Virus record (IMG/VR): IMGVR_UViG_3300000095_000001
Strand: one strand, 5' to 3'
Source of the DNA: a virus
Length of the DNA: 64,000 nucleotides
Shown: positions 28,535 through 39,900 of the stretch, in pieces
Position numbering within the stretch: the stretch's first letter is position 1
Layout of the letters: every line of letters begins with the position of its first letter
Program-made: the position numbers and the translations under genes
The notes under the pieces: generated by a model
Databases searched by the model: none
Told to the model about the DNA's origin: nothing
What the model saw: only the letters and a program-made list of their open reading frames with translations

Positions 28535-28960
28535 TTAGGTACTTTCTCTTTCTTCTATGGATAAGGAATCAATGCTTGCAGGTAAGGTATCAATGTTAGG
28601 TACTAATGTCTCATCTCCGTTACTTACAAGATTAAATTTATCAATAGATAACAAGTTCTGGTACTTAACTCCATTTAAGTATAATGTCTCTAATTCTTCT
28701 ACTATGTTAGGAGATAGTATATCTAGTTCTACTACTTGGTACTGAGAAGATATAGTGCTAAAAGAGAATACATAATCCTCTCTTGTCTCTGCTACTTCAT
28801 TTATATGTTCTAGTTGAAACATAGGAGAGAAGTTAGCAAGATTAGTTAAGCTGTTGGTTAACTGGAAACAAGGTACTGAGATAGTAGAAGGTGTTATGGT
28901 AGTAGTTGGTACCGTAGTATTATCTCCTAACGTCGATTGAGTGCGAGTTATTTTGAACAT
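28535..28960 (-). CDS. Tail-region hypothetical protein
   Basis: ORF abutting the tail hub gene. Confidence 0.55.
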   Translation of the reverse strand: MFKITRTQSTLGDNTTVPTTTITPSTISVPCFQLTNSLTNLANFSPMFQLEHINEVAETREDYVFSFSTISSQYQVVELDILSPNIVEELETLYLNGVKYQNLLSIDKFNLVSNGDETLVPNIDTLPASIDSLSIEEREST

Positions 28961-28984
28961 AAGTAAATAAAGAGATTATCTTAT

Positions 28985-29209
28985 ATGAGATTAACACAAA
29001 AGGAGTTGAAGATAATAAAAGAGTTTGTTAGAGGTAGGTACTTTACTATATCTCCTTATGAATATCAAAAAGAAGTTATAGATTTTGTGCAGGAATCTTT
29101 ACGAGACTGGAAACCTTTTCCTCAGAAACCTACTAACGTGACTATGAAAGCTCAGTATAAAGGGCGTAAGAAGCCATTATCCTATGTATTAGAGGAAAAA
29201 GATGACTAA
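28985..29209 (+). CDS. Hypothetical protein
   Basis: First gene of a + strand island. Confidence 0.5.
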   Translation: MRLTQKELKIIKEFVRGRYFTISPYEYQKEVIDFVQESLRDWKPFPQKPTNVTMKAQYKGRKKPLSYVLEEKDD

Positions 29210-29432
29210 TGAAAGTAAGATTGAGTGGTTAGTACATGACTACCTAACAGAGTTCTATAAAACATCTACTTATATTCAAGTGATAGCAAATAGTATGAGT
29301 AACGTAGCTAATAATCCTAAAGAGTTAATGGATAGAATTAAGATGATGCAGAAACATACAGGTGCTTTATATGGCATTACTAATGCTATCTACTTTAGTG
29401 TATTAGAGCAGATGGAGGGAAGTAATGAATAA
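29202..29432 (+). CDS. Hypothetical protein
   Basis: Overlapping start/stop packing. Confidence 0.55.
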   Translation: MTNESKIEWLVHDYLTEFYKTSTYIQVIANSMSNVANNPKELMDRIKMMQKHTGALYGITNAIYFSVLEQMEGSNE

Positions 29433-29634
29433 TGAACAGCAGCTAGAAGAATTAAATAAAGAGTACCTTAAATATAGACAAGATTTAAATGAGTTAAGGT
29501 CATCAGTGGTGGAGTACAGTATATCAGTAGATACAAAACTAGCTAATATACAAAAGAAGCTAGATGACTCCTACAACAAAATTCTCAATCTACAAGAACA
29601 AATAACCATAGAACTCAAAGCTAGAAGATTATGA
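29425..29634 (+). CDS. Small coiled-coil protein
   Basis: Heptad pattern. Confidence 0.55.
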   Translation: MNNEQQLEELNKEYLKYRQDLNELRSSVVEYSISVDTKLANIQKKLDDSYNKILNLQEQITIELKARRL

Positions 29635-29836
29635 TAAATTATCAGTCTCTTGTTAATAAAGCAAGTAATCTTAAAAAATACAAAGCTGAAACAAGCAACT
29701 ACTTTGAGATATCTCAATTGCAGATGATTATAAATCTTTAGTAGCTCATCTACTAACTGTAATAGAAAAACAGCAAATCGATATTTCACAATTAGAACGT
29801 TTAACTGCTGGAAAAAGGAGAAGGTATTATGACTAG
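29631..29836 (+). pseudogene. Small gene with probable 1-nt deletion near 29715
   Basis: MINYQSL...YFEISQ stops at TAGTAG; the -1 frame continues IADDYKSLVAHLLTVIEKQQIDISQLERL...YYD* into the next start. Confidence 0.4.
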
Positions 29837-29987
29837 AGAAGAACTAGAAGACTTAAAAGATAAATGTGACAGCTTATTTAACGAGATTATGTTTGATTAT
29901 TCAGATATAGCTCTACCTAAACTTTATGAGATGTTGAGTAAATTTTTAGAAGCTTGTGAAAAAAAGCGATTAAAGGAAGGTAAGTAA
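29829..29987 (+). CDS. 52-aa hypothetical protein (not in ORF track)
   Basis: MTREELEDLKDKCDSL...KEGK*; TAATG coupling to next gene. Confidence 0.55.
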   Translation: MTREELEDLKDKCDSLFNEIMFDYSDIALPKLYEMLSKFLEACEKKRLKEGK

Positions 29988-30346
29988 TGGAAATTTATAA
30001 GAACTACTCAAAAATTATAGTAGAAATCCAAGAAGATATAAAATTTACTTTTCTACTATGGAAATGTTTTCGTGTTGACAATATGACTACTTATAGTCTC
30101 AGCGATATTTACCAAGCTAATAATAAAGAAGATTTAGAGTTTAGTAGATTTATAAAATATCTAAAAATTGATACTTCTACAGAAGAATGGAATAGTAGAA
30201 GTGCTTTAGTAATATCAGAGGAAGAAGTAGTATGTCCCTATAAATATTGTGATGGAGAATCTAGGTGGTTGTATAAGTTTCATTGGTTAGTAGGTGACAA
30301 GTTAAATGTAGTTAGTTTTAATCCTGAATATATCTACTTTGAATAA
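29987..30346 (+). CDS. Hypothetical protein, paralogue of 4226..4525
   Basis: Shared motifs, see findings. Confidence 0.6.
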   Translation: MEIYKNYSKIIVEIQEDIKFTFLLWKCFRVDNMTTYSLSDIYQANNKEDLEFSRFIKYLKIDTSTEEWNSRSALVISEEEVVCPYKYCDGESRWLYKFHWLVGDKLNVVSFNPEYIYFE

Positions 30347-30368
30347 TTATTCATCCGCTAAAGACGAG

Positions 30369-30962
30369 TTAGCCTAGTCTATAAGAATTCTCAGTAAAAG
30401 TTAAAGTAAATCCTTCAGGAGTAAGAATAGGTCGAGTAGTCGGTTTACTTATACCATCTACTGTTTTTACTCCACTCATTTGTCCAGTGTATTGTAAAGG
30501 TAAATAGATAAGTCCTTTTCTGACTGTATAACCTTTGTCATAATCTTCAGTTTCAGGACGAACATAATCTATTACTTCTACAAATTTCTTTTCTTTAATT
30601 GCATCTTTAGCTATTTTATCTAAACTAACCATGATATCGGTTAATGTATAGTCAAATTGAGCAGTAAATCCTTTTCTAACTAAGGAGTATTTAACGTAAC
30701 TACCTGCTCCAGTTGGTGCCATCCGAGTAGCTTCCCCTTCAATAGTTACTTGGTAAGCATTAGGTTCTAAGAATAAACAGATATAAGATTTACCTCGAAT
30801 ATTATAAAGAACTTCATTACCTATATCTGTACCTTCTAATAAATTCTTCTCATTTAAGAAACATAACTTACGAGTAAAAGGGAAACATTTAGTTAGGTCG
30901 TCCTCTCTTCCATGTTGTCCTAGTATCACTGGGTCATCTATATCTTGAAATACATTACTCAT
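30369..30962 (-). CDS. Distal-tail-like protein
   Basis: 197 aa, immediately after the tape measure. Confidence 0.5.
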   Translation of the reverse strand: MSNVFQDIDDPVILGQHGREDDLTKCFPFTRKLCFLNEKNLLEGTDIGNEVLYNIRGKSYICLFLEPNAYQVTIEGEATRMAPTGAGSYVKYSLVRKGFTAQFDYTLTDIMVSLDKIAKDAIKEKKFVEVIDYVRPETEDYDKGYTVRKGLIYLPLQYTGQMSGVKTVDGISKPTTRPILTPEGFTLTFTENSYRLG

Positions 30963-33900
30963 CTACTTCTTCCTTTGTTGTACTTTAGTTACTAAGCTAT
31001 ATAAATGCTTGTTAATATCTACTCCTGCGTTCTTATCTCCTCCGTTTACAGTAATAGGAGAAGTAATATTAACATTACCACCTTTCTCAATGTGTTCTTC
31101 TATCTTCTCTATTAGTTGCTCAATAGATTTCTGTAACTTGTCATTATCTTTTTGTTCTTCTTTAAACCTAGTATCAGCTTCTTTCTTTTTAGCTATATTA
31201 GACTTATCTACTGATAACTTAAAGTTAGTAATAGCTTCTCTAATAGTTCTCAATGAGTCAGGTACAATCTCCCCTTTCTTAGGCTTAGGTGGATTAATTA
31301 CCTTCTTACCTTTGAGAGTAGTACCTGTAATTGTATTAGTAGCAGAAGTAATGCTCTTACCTATGTTCTTTACACTAACATCTATTAGTTTATTAATACT
31401 CTTACTATTAGTGTTATATGTTTTAATAAGAGACTGAGTATCTAATCCTAACTTCTTAGTAATAGATTTCTCTGCTTTATCTATTGACTTACTTAAGTTA
31501 TTGATAGAAGTAAACATATTGTCTTTACTATCTTTCTTAGTTCCATTACTACTTTCATTAGTACCTGAACTTGTCCTTCCCTTACCAAGACCTCCTATTC
31601 CAGGGACATTAGTGGATGAAATGTTGTTTTTAGGTGTTAAAGTAGTTTCTTGAGTAGTGTTACTAATGTCTTTCATATCTATAGGTTTACGTAACCTCAT
31701 AGACTCAGTAAACTCTTTAAGTATATTAGCTACATTATCTTTAGTAGCAGAAGTTAAGTTATTACTACCTATACTTCTTTCATCTAATTCTCTGTATCTC
31801 TGAGCTTTACCTCTTACTTGACTATCATCAGCAGTATTAGATGTTAAAGAAGCTAATGATTGCTCAGCTTGTAGTCTTTGATTTCTTTGATTGCGAGCAT
31901 TAATAAGTTCTTTATTCTTCTCTGACTGGTCTTCTATCTTAGATACTTCAATAGCTAACTCTTTATTTGCTTTAGCTGCTAAGATACCTTGTTCTGCTGA
32001 TTCTACTGCTAATCGAGCTGCTAATTTCTCTTCATCTGTAGCATCTTTTCTAGCATTAGTTCTAGCTTCTTCTGCTTTTGACATTGCAAGAGCTTGTTTA
32101 GCATTAATTTCTGCAATAGTTAGTTCTACTTTCTGTCTTTCTCTTACAATCTTATTTTTAGCTTTTTCTAGATTGAAGCTTTCATTCTCCATTCTTTGTT
32201 GGAGTTCTAAGTTGTTTAATCTATCTTGAGCTTGTTCTCTAGCTAACTTGTCCTTAGTTAGGTCGGATTTAGCCATTGACTGCTCAATACCGTAAAGAGT
32301 ATCAATAGAACTTAAAGTAGAGTCCATCAATTCTTTTCTACTGTTTAATAGAGAAATCTGAGTATCGTAAGCTTTAGTTAGTAAATCTCCTATAACTTTC
32401 TCTTTATTTGCACTAGCTTCTATTAAAACCCCTTTCATTTTGAGTTGAGACAACTGTTTCTCATAACCTGCGATGATAAGACCTTGTTTTGCTTGTTCAA
32501 CATCTAAAGCAGAGTTCTTTTGAGCTAAATCTTGCTGCTGTTTAACTACTTCTATTTGGTTTCTACTAATCTCAGCTTGATTGGCTATTTGAGTAGATAT
32601 GAGTCCTTCACTTCTACCTAAAACACCGTATTGGTCGCTAATAGAGTCTAGTTGTAGTTGGAGCGCATCAATAGAAGCTTGGTCTAGTTTGTTTAACTTA
32701 GCTTTCTTTAGTTCTGCTTCAGTTTGTAACTTACTTCTATCAAGTTCTAACCTGTTAAGACTAATCTGAATCCGTTCTCTTTCTAAAGCAGCTTCATTAA
32801 TTAAAGCATTGTTCTTAATAGAGTTGATTTCTAACTGTTGACTTTCTAATAGAGACTTTTGCTTCATCTCTGCTATTTGAACGTCAATTTTAGCTCTCTT
32901 TTCAACATCCCCAGTAGAACGGTTAGTTAACTCTAACAAGCCAATTTGATAATCTGAAGTAGCCTTAATAACTGAGCTTCTAGAATCCTCAAGTTTAATC
33001 TGCTCTTGTAGTTCTTTAGCAAGAGAATCACTAGAATTTAGCTGTCGGGTAATAGATTGTTTCTGAGCTTCTATTGAGTCGTTTTGAGATTTAGTAAGTC
33101 TGTCAATATCTCTAATAGCTTTATCTACTACTGATTTTTGATAGTCTATTTGGAGCTGAGATAAGTCTTTTAAGATAGCTAAATATTCTCTACTTCCTTT
33201 CTGATAGAATTTAAGTTGTTTAGTAAATGCTTCTTGTTGCAGCAGATTTACTTTTTGAGATGAAGCAGTTAATTTATCTTCAAAACTTTCTCTATCAATA
33301 TCTCCTCGGAGCAGTTTTTTCTCTAATTCAATATTGTTGATATCTATTTTAGTCTTCTTGAACTCTAGATTGGTTTGGATTAGATTCTTTTCTTTGTCTA
33401 AAGTTTGCTTTCTAAGATTGTTGATTTCTTTTTGAAGGTTAGCTTCTAGAGCAAGACGTTCTTTACTTCCAGCCTTATAAAGAGCCATTTGCTTTTTAAT
33501 AGAATCAATAGTAAGTTTAGTCTCTTTTATCTTTGTCTCTTCTACTATTTTAAGTTCTTGTTCTGTGACACCATCAATTAGAGCGGCTTCTTTTAAGGCT
33601 ACCTGTTTATCTAATTTATTCTTTGCATCTTCAAGTTGAGATTCTAGTTTCTCCCTCTTGTTACCAAACTGAATCTTCTGCAACTTAGTAATCTCTTGAG
33701 TTAGTTGAGCTTCTAACTGCAATCTTTCTTTACTGCCCAATTTGTAAGTAGCTAATTGTTTCTGAATAGACTGAATTACTATTTGAGTTTCTTTTACTTT
33801 TATCTCCTTCAACTTATCCAAATCTTTCTCAAAAGTCCCGTTAATAGTAGAACGTTCTAGTAGAGACTGGATTTTAGTGATTTTAGTCTTCTCTAATGAA

Positions 33901-36900
33901 ATTTCTTCTTCTATTAAGTCTCTCTTGTTAGCTACTCTTTGCTTATCTAGTTTGAGCAACTCTTCTCTTAACGCTCTTTCTAAATCTTTTCTCTGAGTGC
34001 TTCCTGCTTTAGTTAAATTAATTTCTTTCTTAATTCCTTCAATAGTAATTTGAATTTCTTCTTCTTTAGATGCACGAACTTTCTTAGAATCCTCAGTAGA
34101 AGTTCCAAGTACCATCAGTTTTTCTAGTTGAAGTTGGCTATCTTTAAAAGCTTTCTTTTTGTTATCTATTTGAGTTTGCAGTCTTGACTTTTGATTCTCA
34201 TAAACTTGCTTGTCTAACTTAAGAGTTTCTTTAGCAATTTCTTGTTCCAAAGCAATTCTCTCTTTACTACCTTCACGATAAAGAGTTGACCTTTGCTTAA
34301 GAGTTTCGATAGTAGAAGTAATTTCCTCTTCTTTTAATTTTCTGTTAGCCTCAATATCTTCATCAGTAGTTCCTCTAATAGAGTTTTTTTCCAAATCAAT
34401 TTGTTTGGCTTCTAACTTTTTACGTCTATCTTCTAGAGATTGTTCTAATCTTTCTTTTTGATTGTCAAATTGAGTTTTCTGTAACTTATTAACTTCTAAG
34501 ATTAATTGCTGTTCTAAAGCTAACCTTTCTTTGCTACCTTTTTCAGTCAAAGCAATTTGAGAGTTAATAGAATCAATGTTTAGCTGAACTTCTTTTTCTC
34601 TCAACTGCCGAGTAGCTTCTAAACTTTTGTTAGTAGAGCCGCGAATATTATTTCTTTCTTCTAGAGCTGCAATAGTGGATAATTCAGTTTTCTTTCTCTC
34701 AATTTCCTCATTGCTTCTATCTTTAGATTGTTTAACTTGAGTCTCGCGTAAAGAAATTTGAGCTTCTAATAACTGTTTCTCTATTTCTAAGAACTTCTCG
34801 CTTCCTTTCTTTTCTACTGCTAAACGAGATTCTAAAGTTTTAATGTTCAAAGCAATTTTATCAGTTTCTAATTTTCTAACTGATTCAAGTTCTTCCTTAG
34901 TAGTTCCGTTAAGAGCGTCTTCTCTAGCTTTAAGTTCTCTTTTACCTAAAGCATTGGTTTGCAGCTTAAATTGTTCTTCTATTCTTCTTCTGTTAATTTC
35001 TAGTAGATTGAAGTTAAAATCTTTCTCATCGCTTTCCATTGACTTCCGGAGAGCCTTGATAGCTTTAGCATTTTTAACTTCATCTTTCATCAGTTCAGCT
35101 AGAGTTTTCTGCTTCTCTGCTAACTGAGTTTGATATAAAGTTTTAGAATCTTTTAGTTCTTCATCAATATATTGCCGTCTAGTAATATTTCCTAACTCAA
35201 GTTCTTTCTTTAAATTGTCAAATCTTTCTTTACTTTGTGCTTTAGCTATTTCAACAGGGTTGTTAGATTTTTGACTTGAAAGGTTTAGTTCAAGAGACTC
35301 TAGTTCAGCTTTAGCTTTAACTACTTGAGGAGCAGATTCTTTATATAATGTCAGCAGTCTAGCCAACTCTACTTTCTTGCTTTTGATATTCTCTTCAGTA
35401 GTTTGGATATTGAGTTTGTTAATTTGTTCAATATAATCAGTTTCTAGTAAAAATCCGTATTTTTTCTGTTGTTCTAAGGCAGAAGTTTCCATTCCAATAT
35501 AGCTAAGTCTCTGTTCGGAAGCAGCTTTTTCATAACCAATAAGAGTCTCTGTTAAGTCTTTATAAGCAGCCGGAGTTACTCGACCTTTCATCTGGTTGTA
35601 GACGTTCTCAAACTTTTTAGCTATTTCTTCGCTAGTAGCTTCCCCACTTTCTGCAACAGCATTTAAAGACTCAACGTACATTCCTAAGTTCTCTTCAAAC
35701 TTGTTGAAATCTATTGAATCTGCTGTGAGGGTTTTCTCAGTTTCTACTCCAATTTCTTTAAGAGCTGCTAAAATCTGGTCTTTATTTTTACCAGTAATTG
35801 CAGTTTTTAGTTTTTCTAATTGTTCAGTTTTAATTTCACTTTCTACTTGACCTAACTCTTTTAACCCTTCAGTAAGGTCTAATGTTCCGTTTAAAGCCTC
35901 TTTAGTAAACTTCTCAGTAGAAGACGTGACATAAGTATTAAGACCCTTAGAAGATGAATCTAGAGCGTTTAGGAAAGACTGTAAATCTGTTTCTGCTAAC
36001 CTCAAAGATTTTTTAAGAGAAGTAGAAAATTGAGTAGCTCCTACATCGTCTTTAGTAGTAGATAAAAATGCTCTTTTCTTCTCTTGATACTTATCAGATA
36101 GAACACTAAAGTCTGCTAAGTCTTTTTCTAAATCTTTTAAGTTAATTAGTTTGATTTGACCTTCTGATTCTTCATAGCTTTTACGCATTTTATTAGCAAG
36201 AACAGATAAGTCTTTAGGTATTTCTACTCCTGCCTCAGTTAAAGCATCTCTAGTTTCTTTAAGACCTAATACTTGTTCTAATGTATATTTCTTACCATCT
36301 ATTTCTTTACCTTTGAGAACTGTCTCGATTGACTTAAGAACTGTATCTGGAAGTTTAGATATAGCTTTACCGTCTTGGTCTACTTTATAAATTTCTCCAC
36401 CAAGACCTTTCAAAGTAGCTTTTACACTCAAACTACCATCTTTAAGGTCAGATAGAAACTGTTTAGATTTAACAGAAGAATCTTTAATAGAATCCGAATA
36501 GATATCTAATCCTTCTGAAATATTAGTGTTAAGAGCAGTTTGAGAAGAATTGACTTGGTTTTGAAGAGATTTAATTTCTTCTAAAGAAACTTGAGAGTTA
36601 CTAAATTTATTTTCTCTATCTAGTAGAAGGTTGCGAGCTTCATAATACTTAAGTTGGTCTTCAAACTGTTTCTTACTTACTTCTATTACTTTCTCTCTTC
36701 TTGAGATTTCGGATTCTAATAGAGCGATTTGTTGTTTATCTCTATCGTTTAACTTATCTCCTTTACCTTTTAGTTCTTCTAACTCTTTTTTCTGAATCTC
36801 GGTCATTGACAGGAACGACTCAATTCTAGTAGTATTAGCAGCTTTTTCTCGCTCTAAATCCTCACCAGTCAGAATCATCCTAGCTTTAATTTTTTGGTTA

Positions 36901-39900
36901 GAAGTCTCGGTTAGTAAATTGCCTTTTTCTAATTCTTTATTTTGTCCTCTAAGAGCTAACTCGTAAGTCTGGATGAAGTCAGAAATCTGAGTCATTTTAG
37001 CAGAACGTTTAATAAATTCTGCATCTGAAAAGCTAGTCCAAATTGCAGATATTCTTTCTCCTATATTTGCAAATAATGGGTCTAAAGCACTTAATCCAGT
37101 AGCAGTTTTGACAAAACCTACTAATCCCCCAACAGCACCTTTAATACTGTTTCCAATATCGTCAAATACTGTAGAATCTACTTCGCTCATTAATTTTTTA
37201 GAAGCTTCTAGTCTGTCACTAAACTTGTTAAGTCCTTGAACGCTATTGTCAAAAGAAATATTAGCTCTATCAAATTTAGTAGCCGATTCTTCTAAAGTTA
37301 CGTTGAAGTCTTTATAAGTTTTGTCTAATTTGGCTGCTTCTTGACCTACTTGAAATAACTTTACTCCTAATCCAATAACAGCTCCAATTAATAAACCAAT
37401 ACCCGTAGATATAAAAGCAGCTTTAAGAGTTTCTCCCATTAATGCAGCAGACGTACCAATAGCAGCAAAACTAGCTTGAGCAGATGTAGCCATTCCTGTA
37501 AAACTTCTACTAGCAGTTGCACCTATTTGACCTATATTAGTTTTCAAGTCAATTATCTTATTCCTAAGGCTGTCTTGAACGCTTCCGAGAGTAACAGTTC
37601 CAGAACTTACTGCTTTAAAAGACCTCGTTAAATCAACATTAGTAGCTACTAAAGCTCTATTAAATGCGTTGTTCTTAAGAGCTATTGCTCCTGAACGAGT
37701 CCTCATTTCAATAAGAGAACCTTCTGCTAAACCTTGCTCTCTAGTTAATTGTCTGAGTTTACTTTTAGTTTCTATTTCAGCTTTATTTGCCGCTTGTAAC
37801 GCAGATTGTTGAGTGATTCTAGCTTTATCAACTGTAGACCTTTGATTAGCTTCTTCAGTTTGTAGAGCTACTACTTTCTTTAATTGCTGTTGATATTCTG
37901 CGCTATCTTTATTTCTGATTTTATCTAAGCTAGCTTGTTCTTTTCTTAAATTGTTTTGTACTTGGTAAAGACGTTCTTGTTGACTTTTAAATGCAATATC
38001 TACTCTATCAGCAGTAGCTTTCTTAGTATTTAAATCTTGTTGGAGAATAGCTAGATCCGTAGTAGCTTTAGTAACTCTATTAAGCTTTTCGGTTTGATTA
38101 ATTTTAGCTGCTTCTAACTTCTCAGCTTCTTTTGTTACTACATTATTAGCCTCTTGAAGTTTTTGTCTTTGACTTAATAAGACTAACTCTTCTTGACTAA
38201 TTTTAGTGCTGAGGTTATTGCTAGCATTAGTTAATCTAGACCTTTCTTTATCCGTTAAAGTTTTATCTTCTAATTTAGAATCAATATTAGATTTAACAGT
38301 TTTAGCACTAGAAACTTTCTTCTCTGTTTCTATAACTTGAGCTTGTAAATCAGTGCTAATAGTTTTTTTCTTATTGAGAGCTTCTTCTGCCTTTTTAACT
38401 TTCTCTTGACCTTTAATAATAGACGTGTCTCTAGCAACTATTGCGTCTATTTCTTTTTGAACCGCAGATATTGAAGTAGCTCTTTCTGTGTTGGTTTTAC
38501 CAATAGAGTTTACTAGCTCTTTTTCTAAAGTCGTAGAATTAGCAATTGCTTTATTAATTCTGTCTTGACTGAGTAACCTCTGCTGGTCTATTCCTAATAC
38601 TTGTTTTCCAATAGCTACTAAACCTTGATTGGAAGTATAAAGGTCTCTAATTACTCCTGCTTCTTTTCTTAAATCTTTAAAACCATTGGTAAGTCCACCA
38701 AGAACTAAACCAAAAGCTCTAAAGCTAAGCATAGTCCCTACAATACTGAGAAATGTTTTGCTAATAGCTCCTAGAACACCTGTAATTTTATTTAATGTGT
38801 CAAAGAATGCAACTGATTTCTCTGCTATTTGGATAAGGGGTTCTTTAAAAGTAACTAATAATTCTTTATAAGTTTCTACTGATGCTACTCCTTCTTCACT
38901 TCTCTTTTGAAAAGCTTTACCAAACGCAATCATTATCTCATCGTAAGAGTTAGTGATTTGTTCCATTTTGGCTTGAGAAGATTTAGTAGCAGAATCAAAA
39001 GCTTCAGTTAAATTTTCAGAAGTTACAGCACTAATATCTTGAATAGATTTCTTAGCTAAATTACCGTTTTGAGCTAATACTTTCATTGCAAAGTTAAAAG
39101 CGTTAGTCTCGTTATATACTTCCTTAATTTTCTCTGTGTTGTAGCCAACTGCTTCTGCAAAATCTACTATTCCTTGAACTACTCCTTTTCTACCGAAGTA
39201 TTCTTGATTGAGAGTAATAGCTTTACCTTGTGCATCTACTAACCCTTCCAAAGCTTTCATTGCTTCAGGAGTTTTACCAATAGTGTTTCTAGCAAAAGCC
39301 TGCATTTCTGTTGAGATGTCAGTTACTTTGCCACCTAATTTAGTAAAAGCTACGACTAGCCCTTGAGTCTCGTTAACTAAGTCTTTAGTGCCAATACCTG
39401 CGTTTTTAAGAGAAGAGTACATATCGGAAATATACTCGGTCATATCCCCTACAGTAGTCAGACCTTGTTGTTCAGTGGCCAGCCATTTAGCAGTAACAGT
39501 TTCTAATTCTGCGATATCTTTAGTTTCTAAAACACCAGCACCTTTACCAATAGCTCCACCAATCTGAAACAAGTCACTTCCAGGGGCAGCTTTATTAGCC
39601 TTAATTGCTAGCTGTACTACTTCTTGGTTTTGTTGAAATTCTGTAAATCCAGCAGAAGCAGCCTGATAAGCAGCGTTTAATGCAGTAAGAGAACCAACAC
39701 TATTTTTTAGGTTCTTCTCCAAACCGTTTTGTAGTGCATCTCCGTATTCAGATAGCCTTTCTTGAGATAATCCAAATACAATATTGACTTCATTGAGCTT
39801 TTGTTCAAACTGATTGTAGGCAAGAGTAGATTTAGTGGCAAAATGTTCTATTGCTTCAGTATTTCCGGTTATTACTGCTCCTATTTCATTAAAAGTATTT

